Shown piece by piece: positions 1 to 11,154 of a DNA stretch of 64,000 bases. Numbering within the stretch: the stretch's first letter is position 1; every line of letters begins with the position of its first letter. The position numbers and the translations under genes were made by a program. Source of the DNA: Histomonas meleagridis 2922-C6/04-290x (lineage: Eukaryota; Protista; Parabasalia); contig JAANOX010000088.1 of the NCBI GenBank assembly GCA_020184695.1, forward strand, positions 22,640 to 86,639, given 5' to 3'. The notes under the pieces were generated by a model that was given only the letters and a program-made list of their open reading frames with translations, was not told the DNA's origin and made no database searches.

Positions 1-331
1 TTTAATTACAAAATCATTTGGAATTATTTTGATCGAAACAAATAATTTTTTGTATTTGTTCGATATAAATGGAAAAATATTAAATGAAATTAATGTTAAG
101 AAATTAAATATAACGAAATGGATAACGTGGAAAGACTTAAAAGGTTTCGACTTCGTGGCAATTGTACGAAATGGAAAATTGTTCATGTTCGAAGTAATGT
201 TTCCGAATTTGGAAAAAATGTTTTATAACTGCGGATGCGAAGTATTGGAAATAGAATACTTGGAAAGTATGAACGCGGTGGCAATGATAACGAAAGACGG
301 AAAGATTCACCTCGTGCCTTGTGTGTTATAA
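1..331 (+). CDS. 3' end of a gene entering from the left; resembles the C-terminal beta-propeller-like tail of parabasalid Beige/BEACH proteins
   Basis: Frame is open from base 2 to TAA at 329-331 (ITKSFGIILIETNNFLYLFDINGK...KGFDFVAIV...ITKDGKIHLVP). Family call is by recalled resemblance only. Confidence 0.4.
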   Translation, partial: LITKSFGIILIETNNFLYLFDINGKILNEINVKKLNITKWITWKDLKGFDFVAIVRNGKLFMFEVMFPNLEKMFYNCGCEVLEIEYLESMNAVAMITKDGKIHLVPCVL

Positions 332-408
332 TAAATAGAATTTTGGTTAAATTTTATGAAAAAGAAATTTAATGTGAAAATGAATTCTTGAAATTGTAAT
401 ATTGAATT

Positions 409-735
409 ATACAAATGGATGAAGAAGAATTCTTGTGATGGTAAAACATTTTGTAAATGAAGGAAAATTAATTATACATACGAATGGATAAAAAAGAGTT
501 CTTGTGATGGTAAAACATTTTGTAAATGAAGGAAAATTAATTATACATACGAATGGGTGAAGAAGAATTCTTGTGATGGTAAAACATTTTGTAAATGAAG
601 GAAAATTAATTATACATACGAATTGATGAAGAAGAATTCTTGTGATGGTAAAACATTTTGTAAATGAAGGAAAATTAATTATACATACGAATTGATGAAG
701 AAGAATTCTTGTGATGGTAAAACATTTTTATTGTA
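409..735 (-). repeat. 69-nt tandem repeat, about 4.6 copies; minus strand reads as a degenerate 23-aa BspA/TpLRR-like unit
   Basis: Unit starts at 413, 482, 551, 620 and 689 (GAATTGATGAAGAAGAATTCTTGTGATGGTAAAACATTTTGTAAATGAAGGAAAATTAATTATACATAC). One minus frame is stop-free: ITRILLH(P/Q)FVCIINFPSFTKCFT. Confidence 0.85.
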
Positions 736-1102
736 ATGAAATTAATTTATGTAAATGATTGAAAAAGAATTCTTACATTGTTATGTGATTAACTATGCGA
801 ATGATAGCCCTACAGGAATAATGAGAACCGAAACCATTGGATTGTATTCGAATTTAATTCGAGATGATTGAAGAAGAATTTTTGTGAAATTTTCTAAAAA
901 CTTGACGATAAATTCAATCAATAATTAATATACAGAGAAAAAAAAATAATTTATTAAGCATTCAGCTAGTAACTTAATAGGTATAATATAAATCAAACTA
1001 AATCATAACTTAACTTTGTAACGTACTTGACGGTTATGATCCGGTCAATTTTCAATGCGGTTATTCCCGGTCAATTTAATTTTAGGCATTTCCCAAGACT
1101 GC

Positions 1103-1465
1103 ATGGCACGGGAGTTTATAATGGAAAATGATGGTTATCTTGAGATATTGGGTTACGAGGACGAAAACAGTTTTGAACCGAGTTTTAAATATGTTGCAGA
1201 AACTATAATATTTAAACATTATGATTTTATTCGTAAATTTAGAAACAAGCATTTTATTATATATAATGAACATATGTTTCATGAACTGCAACTTTGCGGT
1301 GGTCCCACCTACGATACATATAGAAAAATTATGTCTCTTTCAGACGATTTATTTTCTGATTCAACTGATGAAGAAAAAAAATTATTTAATGATTATAATG
1401 CTGATATTCATTGTCTGGACGAGATATTATATAAGTTCAAATCTGAAATTTTAGCAAAGATATGA
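1103..1465 (+). CDS. Hypothetical protein (about 120 aa)
   Basis: ORF 1055-1465; ATG at 1103 is the likely start. No recognisable motif. Confidence 0.45.
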   Translation: MAREFIMENDGYLEILGYEDENSFEPSFKYVAETIIFKHYDFIRKFRNKHFIIYNEHMFHELQLCGGPTYDTYRKIMSLSDDLFSDSTDEEKKLFNDYNADIHCLDEILYKFKSEILAKI

Positions 1466-1609
1466 TACGTATCCGACTGAGGATTTTCTTATCAAATCAA
1501 AAGGATTTAATGTGATATAGTAAATATTATTTAAATCCTAAATTTGCTTAAAAAATATGTTTTTAATTTTAGATGAAAAAAATCAAATAATTGTTATTTT
1601 ATTTATGGT

Positions 1610-2330
1610 TTGCATTCAAAGCAACACCACCAATTGATACACCAGCAATCATTTTTGTTTGATCTGGTTTGATAATTCTCAGGTTCAATTGTAGAATATG
1701 ATTCTTTTGTATGATTGACATCATAATTCTTGTAATTCTTAATATATTTCAAACATAAAGTAATATCATAAATAAAATGTACTTTTTTAAGATACATGGT
1801 TCAAATACATAATATTCATTTGATTTAAGATCTTCTCAACAATTAAAAAATGCACCATTAAAAATGACTTTAATTAAAGTGACTGAGTTTGGAATACGTT
1901 TTTTTTGAAAGACGAGTTGAAAATATTTTTTCTTCAATTATTTTATTTTCAATGATTATAATATTTTCGAATTATTGCACATACAAAATGCAAATTTAGA
2001 TATTAAAGTAACTGAATTTGGAATTGTGGTATTGTTTAATGAGGAACAATATGATAAAGAATAACTCCCAATTGTTTTTATATTTTCATTAATGATAACT
2101 GTTTCTAAACTAGAACAACCATAAAATGAATCACAACCAATTGATTCTATTAAATCCGGAATTATAATTTATGTAAATGAAATTAATATTTCACCTGCAG
2201 CATTATGCTTGATAGATATAAACTTTTCCTCAACAAAGCTCCTATACTTCTCCTGGTCTATTTTTCCATATCCGTTGTATGTTATTATTATATTTGGATA
2301 ACAATTTCTAATTTTTCTTTTTCAATCCCA
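1610..2330 (-). pseudogene. BspA-like leucine-rich repeat pseudogene fragment
   Basis: Minus strand reads FT*IIIPDLIESIGCDSFYGCSSLETVIINENIKTIGSYSLSYCSSLNNTTIPNSVTLISKFAF, with an in-frame TAA, a frameshift near 1900 and a TM-like remnant (KMIAGVSIGGVAL) near 1620-1660. Boundaries approximate. Confidence 0.7.
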
Positions 2331-2600
2331 CCAAAAACCATTTACATTAAAATTTTTGCTTAACAAATAATTATTTAAGCAATCTTTTCAAGAAAAAAAA
2401 CTTGTGCTTTTATCATATTTCTTTATGTAAACATATGTTTGATGACCAAGGAACAATTAAAACCATAAAATATATAAATATTTCGATTTTTACTGGATTG
2501 TAAATGTTCGATTCTATTGATCCCTCTATACAAACATGGAAAATTCACTTTTGATGTGCAAATAATCGTTTTATACTCAAAAAGTCGAAATCAAGTTAAG

Positions 2601-3554
2601 TTATTGCCCGCCAAAAATAAATTGGTTTCTATCATCTGCCTGTCTGTTCGCTCTAAAACCGTTATTACGGTTATTTGGGCTGCCCCTAACTCCGAAAAAC
2701 CTGTTTGGAGGGGGAGGACGTGGTGCATTGTTCCACGGTTGATTTGCCATGTCACCGTGTGCATTCACTGTGTTTCCAAATGGATTTTCAGTTCCACCTC
2801 GAATCCGACCAAATGGACCATATTGGATCTGTAGGCCATTAGAGTTATTAACGCTATGTGTGCCATTATCTGTACTCCGACTTTGTTGTCGTAAAAAGGC
2901 ATTTCTAATAAGGTCTTCTAATGTGATTTGATGCACATAATTATTTGGACCGGAAATTGTTGGATGAATGGGATGGCCATCACCTCCATCTGCACCATGT
3001 CGACTAAATAAATATGTTACGTCTGATGAATCCTCATCTTCATCTTCGTCTTCGAAATTTCTCTGTTGAAACATATCAAAGAACATTGGTTCAGTATTAA
3101 CTTCGCGCATGAGTGTAATTTTTATGGTTTCACGAACTTGTGGTGGTGCATCTTTCGGTTTAAAAGGATCATGTATGAATGGAACATATTGTAAATCAAT
3201 GTTAATAATACTTTTTGTGTTAATATCCTGTGTAAGGTTTAACATAAGACTTTTTTCAATTACTTCATATAAATTTAAATTTTCAACATTTAACTCACAA
3301 TCTCCAATATCCAAATCTTCGCCAAAAACATCATGGTTTCGAACTCGAAAACGCAGTGTTTTAACATTTTCATTCCTTTTAAGCGGTATTGTCAAAATTT
3401 GATTCCAGAAAGGATTAACATTATTATCAATAACTCTTGTTTGAATTACATTTAATTTAGAATTTAAATCAACAACAACATATGGGTCAATTGTATCAAG
3501 TGGATTTTTTCGTGGAAGGTTAGAAGCTGATTTTATTCTTAAACAAAGCTTCAT
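2601..3554 (-). CDS. C2-domain protein with a Pro/Asn/Arg-rich C-terminal tail
   Basis: N-terminal C2 signature (LRIKSASNLP..DPYVVV..TRVIDNNVNPFWNQ..DLDIGDC). Confidence 0.85.
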   Translation of the reverse strand: MKLCLRIKSASNLPRKNPLDTIDPYVVVDLNSKLNVIQTRVIDNNVNPFWNQILTIPLKRNENVKTLRFRVRNHDVFGEDLDIGDCELNVENLNLYEVIEKSLMLNLTQDINTKSIINIDLQYVPFIHDPFKPKDAPPQVRETIKITLMREVNTEPMFFDMFQQRNFEDEDEDEDSSDVTYLFSRHGADGGDGHPIHPTISGPNNYVHQITLEDLIRNAFLRQQSRSTDNGTHSVNNSNGLQIQYGPFGRIRGGTENPFGNTVNAHGDMANQPWNNAPRPPPPNRFFGVRGSPNNRNNGFRANRQADDRNQFIFGGQ

Positions 3555-4966
3555 TTGATATTAACGAACATAGTCAATTTATTGTGTAGTTTATAATGCC
3601 GATGGAATTCCATATTTTCGAAGATACTGGCTTCAACTGTGTATAGTGCATTTTATTTAAATAAATCTTTGATAAATTTAACAACTCCAGTAGCTTCAAT
3701 CAATCAACATTTTCTGTGTAACTGTTTAACTCGCATGTTAAAAAAATAAGAATTGGAAAAATGTAAAATTGCTTGAAAATAGAACATTACATTGACATTT
3801 ATGTATTTAGCTAAACTTAAATATTTAAGTAATTCTTCGACAATAATTTTCTTGCCTAAGAAAGTTTTTATGAAAATTATTCATTAATTAGAAATTTATA
3901 ATCAGATTATTAAATCGTTATTCTGCAATCACAATAGGTTGGGTTTATTTTTTGTGAAGATTTTGTATTTATGTAATCCAACAACAATATAAACACATTT
4001 TCATTTAAATGTTCAATGATTGATGCACCTTCTACAATGGTTGTGAAAGGATAAATTTTAACAATTTTTCTATTACCAAAGAATCAACCAATCATTTTTT
4101 TAAACTTTGCTATTCATAATGAACCTCCGACTAAAATAAAAAACACTTGTATTAGTTTTAACAGCATCCATCAAGTTTTCGATGGTATATAAAACTTAAT
4201 AAAATAGATTATTAATAATTACTTATAAACAATTCCATTATAAAGCACGGAAAATAAATATTTCCCGATCGGATGTTTGCTAACACAATTTTTGCTTTTT
4301 CACACTGATTTATCATGAAAATTTTTGACCTTTTTTTTCGCTATACATTTATATTCCTCTTCCAACAATGGGTGATGAATAAGATGTAGACCTAATATTT
4401 TATAAATATATTGGTTATCGAATTGTGAATTACTTACTGATTGAGCACACTTTGTTGTTATCAAGTTACTTGAGAGCCAAAATCAATAACAAAATTGGTT
4501 TTTTTATTTGAATAAACAACAAATAATATGGAATCAATAAAGTGCTAATATTTAACACTGCTAATTCATATGCCTTAATGGTTGTTACACGTTGATACTA
4601 TTGTAATAAATTAAACTTTGATAACAGCATTAATTTCTGTAGATATGAAAGGATATACATAAGTTAATGGATGTAGAATTACGTGTGTATAAACGTTAGT
4701 TTTAAACAAGAGGAAAATATCATTTCACAGATCCACCACCACCAAAAAACTCAGATGAAATTATAAAATAATTATTAATGTATCAAATATTAAATTTCGA
4801 ATAGCAACTAATTTTATTGAAAATATACTGACCCTTTTAGGAAAAAATTGCATAGTGACAATTCAAGCCTTGAACACGACTGACAGATAGAATGCTCCAA
4901 CATAAATTAGCGAATTTCCATTACACAAATTGAACACAAAAAAATATATTTAACATATTTATCAAA

Positions 4967-5770
4967 TCAAACATATGAAATCGGACTCGGATTTGGTGCC
5001 AAATCTTCCATTTTATGATAGTCTTCATGAAGCTTATTTGTTACTGATATGAGTTGATTTACATGTGCTCGATATGCTCTTTGAAACTTGTTTTGTTCAC
5101 GTTCTAAGTTATTATGTGATGGATGCTTTGAAAACTTCTTTGGGGGTATAGGATTGTGAGGATGCATTTTTGGAGATTCCATTGATTTGAACTCAGTTGC
5201 TGTAAATTCTGGAAAACTAGTTTCGGTGGGTGAGTCACGGAAGTTATGGGATTTGAGAGCGCGTTTTTGTTTACGTATTTGGCGATTAAGAATTGACTCA
5301 AGTTTTTGAACTTTTTGATTTAGCTCCTTTTGACATTCACTTAGTTTCATGTTTTGAAGGTTTGTTTTTTCATCAATTGGATTTGTTTTGGGCTTTTTTT
5401 GATTTATTATTGGACTTGGTAAATCTCGATTATCCTTATGTGGGTGTGTTTTTTGCTTGTCAGCTGATTTTTGTTTTTTGAGTGATTCACATAGTTCATT
5501 GACCAGGTCAACTAAAATTGTTCTTTTTTCATTTCCATTATTTGCACAAATTTTTTTAGTTGGTAAAACTTTGCTAATCATCGAAACAAGAAGCATCCAA
5601 GTAGTGTTCCATCGATCAATTTCATACTTGGGATTTTCATTTTGAATAGGCTGAACATCAGAGCTAAAATCTGAACCTATGATTTCGTCTTCTTCGCTAC
5701 TTAGCTTGTCTATTAATTTTTTATATTTTCTTTTTAATGATTCGTATTCTGCTGATTGTTCTTCTTCCAT
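4967..5770 (-). CDS. Hypothetical coiled-coil protein
   Basis: 267-aa ATG ORF with charged helical composition. Confidence 0.7.
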   Translation of the reverse strand: MEEEQSAEYESLKRKYKKLIDKLSSEEDEIIGSDFSSDVQPIQNENPKYEIDRWNTTWMLLVSMISKVLPTKKICANNGNEKRTILVDLVNELCESLKKQKSADKQKTHPHKDNRDLPSPIINQKKPKTNPIDEKTNLQNMKLSECQKELNQKVQKLESILNRQIRKQKRALKSHNFRDSPTETSFPEFTATEFKSMESPKMHPHNPIPPKKFSKHPSHNNLEREQNKFQRAYRAHVNQLISVTNKLHEDYHKMEDLAPNPSPISYV

Positions 5771-6471
5771 TTTATGTACGTTTAAAATAAATTTTCAAGA
5801 TCAAACCAACTTTAAAGAACTTCAGACTCAGAACATAAGTATCATAAATTTCTTAAAATATCAAATTAAATTTTGGTCAATTTTTTTACCATTTTTCTGA
5901 AATGTAATTTTTCAATAATTAAATTTGTTGTTTGTTTAATTTAAAAGTAGAGATATTAATAAATGCAAACTCTAAGGAAAATTTCAATAAAATCAAATTT
6001 ACAATAAGTTGAACTCCTTTTAAGGAATAAGGATTTAAACCTTCGGCTACTCAGCAAGAACTATAGTTTCACAAAAAAATCATTACGTATAAAGAAGGTA
6101 TGTTCTCAATTAATAAGGTTTAAGTAAATGTACAAGCTGTACATAATACATCAGCTGATTTTATTGCATTGTAATTAAACCAAAAAATTTTACTTTTAAT
6201 TTTTATAAAAATTAGAAGGGTTGATATGAAAATAATTAAGCATTTTGAAAAATCATATAAATATTTATTACATTGAGATAAAATGTTCATTTTGATTTTA
6301 ACCACCACTTCGGTTCACATTTATGAATTTTATTAATGGGAAACACTGAGAGTGATGAAAATTCACACCCAAATAGCCAGAATACAATGTTTCAGCATAG
6401 AACGTAAATAAAAAGTGCTAAAATTTTAACGTACACCAAAAATTTAAACGTCCTTTTTATTTACATTTTCA

Positions 6472-8853
6472 ATGGACGAAGAACAGCAAAAGATCCTTTC
6501 AAGAATCAAAGAGATTGTTACCACACATAGTATAGACGTTGAAAAAGAACTCGGAAATTATGATCGGAAACAAACAGGTGTCATTTCGTCAATTTCTTTG
6601 CATCGTTGGATTTCTTCTTTAGGTCTTTCTTTAGACAACCAACAAATACGCATGCTTGCTGATTACTATTCTGCTGGTCCTGGCGTTGATATCCAAAGGT
6701 TTGTTCAAGATCTAAATCAAGCACTTCGACCTGTTGAAATTCGAAGCACAAAGCTTTCACCATGTGTTAATGAACTTCGAGAACTAAACAGAATCCTTTC
6801 AGAAAGATATCAAACCATTCGAGAAGCTATGAAACCATACGATAAACTTAACGTAGGAAAAGTCACAATAGAAAACTTTTATAGAGCTGTTGGTGGAACC
6901 CCATCGAACAAGATGATTGTTCGGTATTATGCTGATACTATTACAGGTCTTGTTGATTATTTGAATATTCAAAATGATTTATTATTCTTAAATGAAAAAT
7001 CCAAACCACAAAGCAAGGAAGAAGATCTCAACCTTCCACCATATTTTGAACAAATTGTACGATATGTTCGTTCACATGGCATTGAAATCAGATCTTTATT
7101 TTCCAGATCAGATCCAGGAAACACTGGTTATGTCTCATCCAACATTTTCTTTTCTACCATTAGTTCCTTAGGCCGTAATCTTTCACCTGATCAAATCCAA
7201 GAAATTGTCAAATGTTTTTCCAAAGGGAATAATCGTTATTCTTACATGTTACTTCTTAAAGCCATAAGTAATTATGATCTTCCACCTCTTCAAACCACCA
7301 CTGCATTTTGGGGAGTTGCTCCTGTACCAGAGAAACTTAATCCGCAAACGATCATCAAACGCATTCAAGAAACCGTTCAAAACCGCCACATTGACATTGC
7401 GTATTATTTCGAACCACTTCGACAAGAAAACCCAACGAGTACCACCAAATCCAAATTCCATCGCGTGATATCCAATTTAGGCTTAGGGTTAACAGGTGAT
7501 GACATTGATTTATTATGTACAATGTTTCCAAGTCCATATAACAGTGTCAATTATCAGTCATTTATTGACACAGTATCAACGAAAATCCCAACCAAAGAGT
7601 ATACAACTGAAGATATCATCACACGCCTTAAGAAATATTTATTAGAAACGAAACAACAATTATCGAATGTGATACAACGATTTGATCGAGAAAACAGTGG
7701 CGAAATAACATTATCACAGTTAACATCTGCTTTTAACTTTGTTCGATTTGAGATATTACCACAAGAACTTAATGTAATTTATGAAACATTTCCAGGTAAA
7801 ACAAATGGAACAATTTCATGGCAACGATTATGCAAAGTTTGTGATCCGAAACATTCGGAATTACCACCGAATGAATTAGAATTACGGACAATGCAACTTA
7901 TTAATACTGAATCAATACCAACGAATAATTTACCACCGAAACAAATATTAGAAATATTAATTCGTATTAATAAATGTTTAGAAGAAAATGGAATTGATCT
8001 TAATGGGAAATTCCATCAAATCGATCGCCGTAAAATTGGAAATATTTCACAAGAAGATTATGTACAAGTTATAACTAATTTACCAATACAAATTACACCG
8101 ATTAACATCAGAGTATTAATTGGTTATTATCGAATAATGGGAACAAATAAAATCGATTATGTTAAAATGAGTTGCGACTTATTACGAGTTCTAAATTATA
8201 TTAAAGAAGAAGATGCAAAACCAAAACCTGAATTAGATTCACCCAAGAAAATACTTCCGAAGATAACCAACAAAAATATACACATTTTGTTACAAAGATA
8301 TAAAAAGTTTTGTTTAAATAAAGATATTGATCCATTATATACATTTAAGTCAATCGATTTAAATGAAATCGGATTAATTCAATCTTATAAAGTTTTGGAC
8401 TGCTTTAGAAATATTAAATTTAATATTCATCGTGAAGAAGTCGAAGAATTAATTAATATATTTAAAGATGATAAGAAAAGTTATATGTTTAACTACGAAT
8501 TATTCGGTGACGTAATTAATGATGAAATTATTACCGTAAATTCGCCTTCATTAAAGGCATCTCAACCTTTGACAGCGGAAATTAATAGAGAAGTTATGAA
8601 CATATGTTCAATGATAAAAGAAAAATTAAGTGAAAGAAATCGATCGATCTTCATGTTGTTTAGAAACGTAAACGTCGATTTTATGGACGAAAACGAGTTT
8701 AAAGATAAATTGTTGAGTTTGAATATAGTGATAACTATGAATCAAATTAATGCTATAATTAGAAAATACGAAAACGAAAAATTGGGTAAAATCGATTGGA
8801 AAAAGTTTTGCGATGATGTCGAGGCTTCGAAAACTGTCGGTGTGTTCTATTAA
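6472..8853 (+). CDS. Multi-EF-hand protein (EFCAB6-like architecture)
   Basis: 793 aa with repeated D-x-x-x-x-G-x-[IV] EF-hand-like loops (YDRKQTGVIS, SDPGNTGYVS, FDRENSGEIT, IDRRKIGNIS). Confidence 0.8.
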   Translation: MDEEQQKILSRIKEIVTTHSIDVEKELGNYDRKQTGVISSISLHRWISSLGLSLDNQQIRMLADYYSAGPGVDIQRFVQDLNQALRPVEIRSTKLSPCVNELRELNRILSERYQTIREAMKPYDKLNVGKVTIENFYRAVGGTPSNKMIVRYYADTITGLVDYLNIQNDLLFLNEKSKPQSKEEDLNLPPYFEQIVRYVRSHGIEIRSLFSRSDPGNTGYVSSNIFFSTISSLGRNLSPDQIQEIVKCFSKGNNRYSYMLLLKAISNYDLPPLQTTTAFWGVAPVPEKLNPQTIIKRIQETVQNRHIDIAYYFEPLRQENPTSTTKSKFHRVISNLGLGLTGDDIDLLCTMFPSPYNSVNYQSFIDTVSTKIPTKEYTTEDIITRLKKYLLETKQQLSNVIQRFDRENSGEITLSQLTSAFNFVRFEILPQELNVIYETFPGKTNGTISWQRLCKVCDPKHSELPPNELELRTMQLINTESIPTNNLPPKQILEILIRINKCLEENGIDLNGKFHQIDRRKIGNISQEDYVQVITNLPIQITPINIRVLIGYYRIMGTNKIDYVKMSCDLLRVLNYIKEEDAKPKPELDSPKKILPKITNKNIHILLQRYKKFCLNKDIDPLYTFKSIDLNEIGLIQSYKVLDCFRNIKFNIHREEVEELINIFKDDKKSYMFNYELFGDVINDEIITVNSPSLKASQPLTAEINREVMNICSMIKEKLSERNRSIFMLFRNVNVDFMDENEFKDKLLSLNIVITMNQINAIIRKYENEKLGKIDWKKFCDDVEASKTVGVFY

Positions 8854-9185
8854 TATAACAGAAATTTTATAGTGTCTGATGAACCAATTTAAATAAACAA
8901 ATGATTAAAAATTTTTTTAAATTATATAATTTATTAGAGTATGTATTCCATCATATTAGAAAATTGAAAAATGCAAAGAGGACTTTGTATTATTGTTTAG
9001 ATAAGAATTTGAAGATTCGGATATCATCGAACAGTATCAATTCTCTCGAAAAGTGGATACTAAAAAGTGCTTTCTATCGGTATTCTACTTTTTGTTTGAT
9101 TAATCGACAAATTTGGAGAATTGAACCGATTTTGATTAGCTGTTTTTGTCATAACCACTTTTTTGGCATAAATAGAATGGATGCA

Positions 9186-10227
9186 TTACTTCTTGAACAA
9201 AAGAATATTAATGTAAATGAAAAAACAATTTAATTCCTTTATTTGGAGTTTATTTTATTTGATTATTGGTACATTTTAATTCGATTTGGGATTTATTAAT
9301 ATTATTTAAGTCACTATTTATGGATGCATGTAAAAACGGATGCACAGAAATTGCGAAAATCTTTCTTGAACAAAAAAAAATTGATATTAATGAACGAGAT
9401 TTTTATAAATTTTATTTAATATTTTCTTTAATAATTTAATATTATAAAATAATATTTGAAAATTGTTTAAATTATTTAATACAGCGCTTCTTTATGCATG
9501 CGTATATGGTCAAATTGAAATTGTTAAATTACTTTTTGAACAAGAAGGAATTGAAGTAAATGTTAAAAATGTTAATTTTATTTTATTAAAATTTGTCTTA
9601 ATTTTTCGAAATTTTAAAATAAAATTTGGAAATTAATTAGTTCATATAAAACACCAATTATAAATGCTCATAGAGAATTTAATACTGAAATAGTTAAATT
9701 ACTTCTTGAAAAAAAGAATATTGATGTGAATGGAAAGAATGTTAATTTGTTTTATTTGAAGATAATTTTAATGATTTTGGGTTTTAAAATAATACTTGGA
9801 AATTCCTAAAATTATGTGATTCAGCGCTGATTTATGCAGCTACAAATAATCATATAGAAATAGTTAAATCACTGTCTAAACATTAAGAAATTGATATTAA
9901 TGCTAAAAATATAATTTGTTTTAATAATTTAATATTTCAAAATAATATTTGGAAATTGTTTAAATTATTTGAAACAGCACTTATATATGCATCTGAATAT
10001 GGTTATACAGAAATAGTTAAATTACTTCTTGAGCAAGAAGGAATTGATATTAATGCTAAAGATATTTATTTGTTTTATTTAAAGTTTATTATAATAGCTT
10101 TGGATTTCAAAACATTATTTGGAAATTGTTTGAACTATTTAAAACAGCACTTATGCTTGCAACAAAAAATGGCCACACAGAAATAGTTAAAATATTGAAT
10201 GAAAAATTGCAAAATACTTCGAAGTAA
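9186..10227 (+). pseudogene. Ankyrin array locus A: ankyrin cassettes separated by 80/83/63-nt structured spacers; no intact upstream head seen
   Basis: Cassettes start at 9311, 9481, 9651, 9821, 9974 and 10144 (TALxxA..GxxEIVKLLLEQxGIDINAKD). One in-cassette TAA at 9884-9886. C-cap ends with TAA at 10225-10227. Confidence 0.75.
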
Positions 10228-10497
10228 AACTAACAAAAAAATTATTTTCTGATTTTTTTTTAATGAAAATATTGTAATGCACGAAAATACCGGAAAATAA
10301 CCACGAAAAAACCTGATAAAATTTAATAACTTTACATTTTTCAAATTAAAATTTTGAGTGAAGCTCAACTTAGAACAGTAACCGTCTGACTTGGATAGCT
10401 ATTTGAATCGGTTGTACTCAATTATCCATTCAAATAACAAACTCATTCAAATATGACTTTTTGAAAGAATGCTTGGCAGAGGAAATTTATTTTTTTA

Positions 10498-11154
10498 ATG
10501 TATCCACAAGGTGCGTACCCACAGGCAGGTTATCAACAACCAGTCCCAGGACAACCAGCCTATCCTCAACCAGTCCCAGGACAACCACAAATGCCAGGCC
10601 AACTACTCCCAGGTCAACCTTATCCTCAAGCACAAGGATATGGAAACGTACCACCACCAGTCCAAACATTAAGGATTTCTGGTGCAAAGATCGAAGTTAA
10701 ACTTAGAACTACTGACACAGATAACGATGATAACGCTTACGTTGAAAACCTTATTGGTGACATAGAGTTTGACGAGACAACAAAAACATTTGTAATTAGA
10801 AATATGAGAGGTGTTGCATACGTCGATGGACTTAAGGCTGATCTTGTATTTAATCCAATTAATGGTACTTTCAACCCAATGCGCTCTCCATCAGAACAGT
10901 ATATAACTGCTTATAACAACTTCCGTAAGAACAATGGACCAATACGTCCTAATCCACCAAAGAGACCAAACCATCCAAATCAACATCCTCCAGGTCAACC
11001 AATGACACCACCAGCTTCACCTTATCCACAACAATATCCTGGTCAACCAATGCAACAATATCCAGGACAACCTATGCAACAATATCCTGGTCAACCAATG
11101 CAACAATACCCAGGACAACCTATGCCTCCTTATGGCTCAGGTGGATACCAGTAA
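10498..11154 (+). CDS. Pro/Gln/Tyr-rich (XYPPX-like) protein
   Basis: YPQ/QPVPGQPAY N-terminal repeats, a central globular segment and tandem QQYPGQPM repeats at the C-terminus. Confidence 0.85.
   Translation: MYPQGAYPQAGYQQPVPGQPAYPQPVPGQPQMPGQLLPGQPYPQAQGYGNVPPPVQTLRISGAKIEVKLRTTDTDNDDNAYVENLIGDIEFDETTKTFVIRNMRGVAYVDGLKADLVFNPINGTFNPMRSPSEQYITAYNNFRKNNGPIRPNPPKRPNHPNQHPPGQPMTPPASPYPQQYPGQPMQQYPGQPMQQYPGQPMQQYPGQPMPPYGSGGYQ

Noticed and set aside
413-730. Common origin of the two 69-nt repeats (same period, shared CTTGTGATG)
   Set aside because: Only a 9-mer and a few scattered bases match and composition differs strongly; most likely chance.
10064-10143. Spacers as translated transmembrane segments followed by a -1 frameshift (T-TTA-AAA at the end of this spacer)
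   Set aside because: 12 of 16 80-nt spacers have in-frame stops and the slippery heptamer is not conserved. The hydrophobicity simply reflects T-richness.
10229-10240. ACTAAC as a branch-point signal
   Set aside because: It is followed by AAAAAA rather than the short CAG-ending motif, lies after the stop codon and has no donor upstream.
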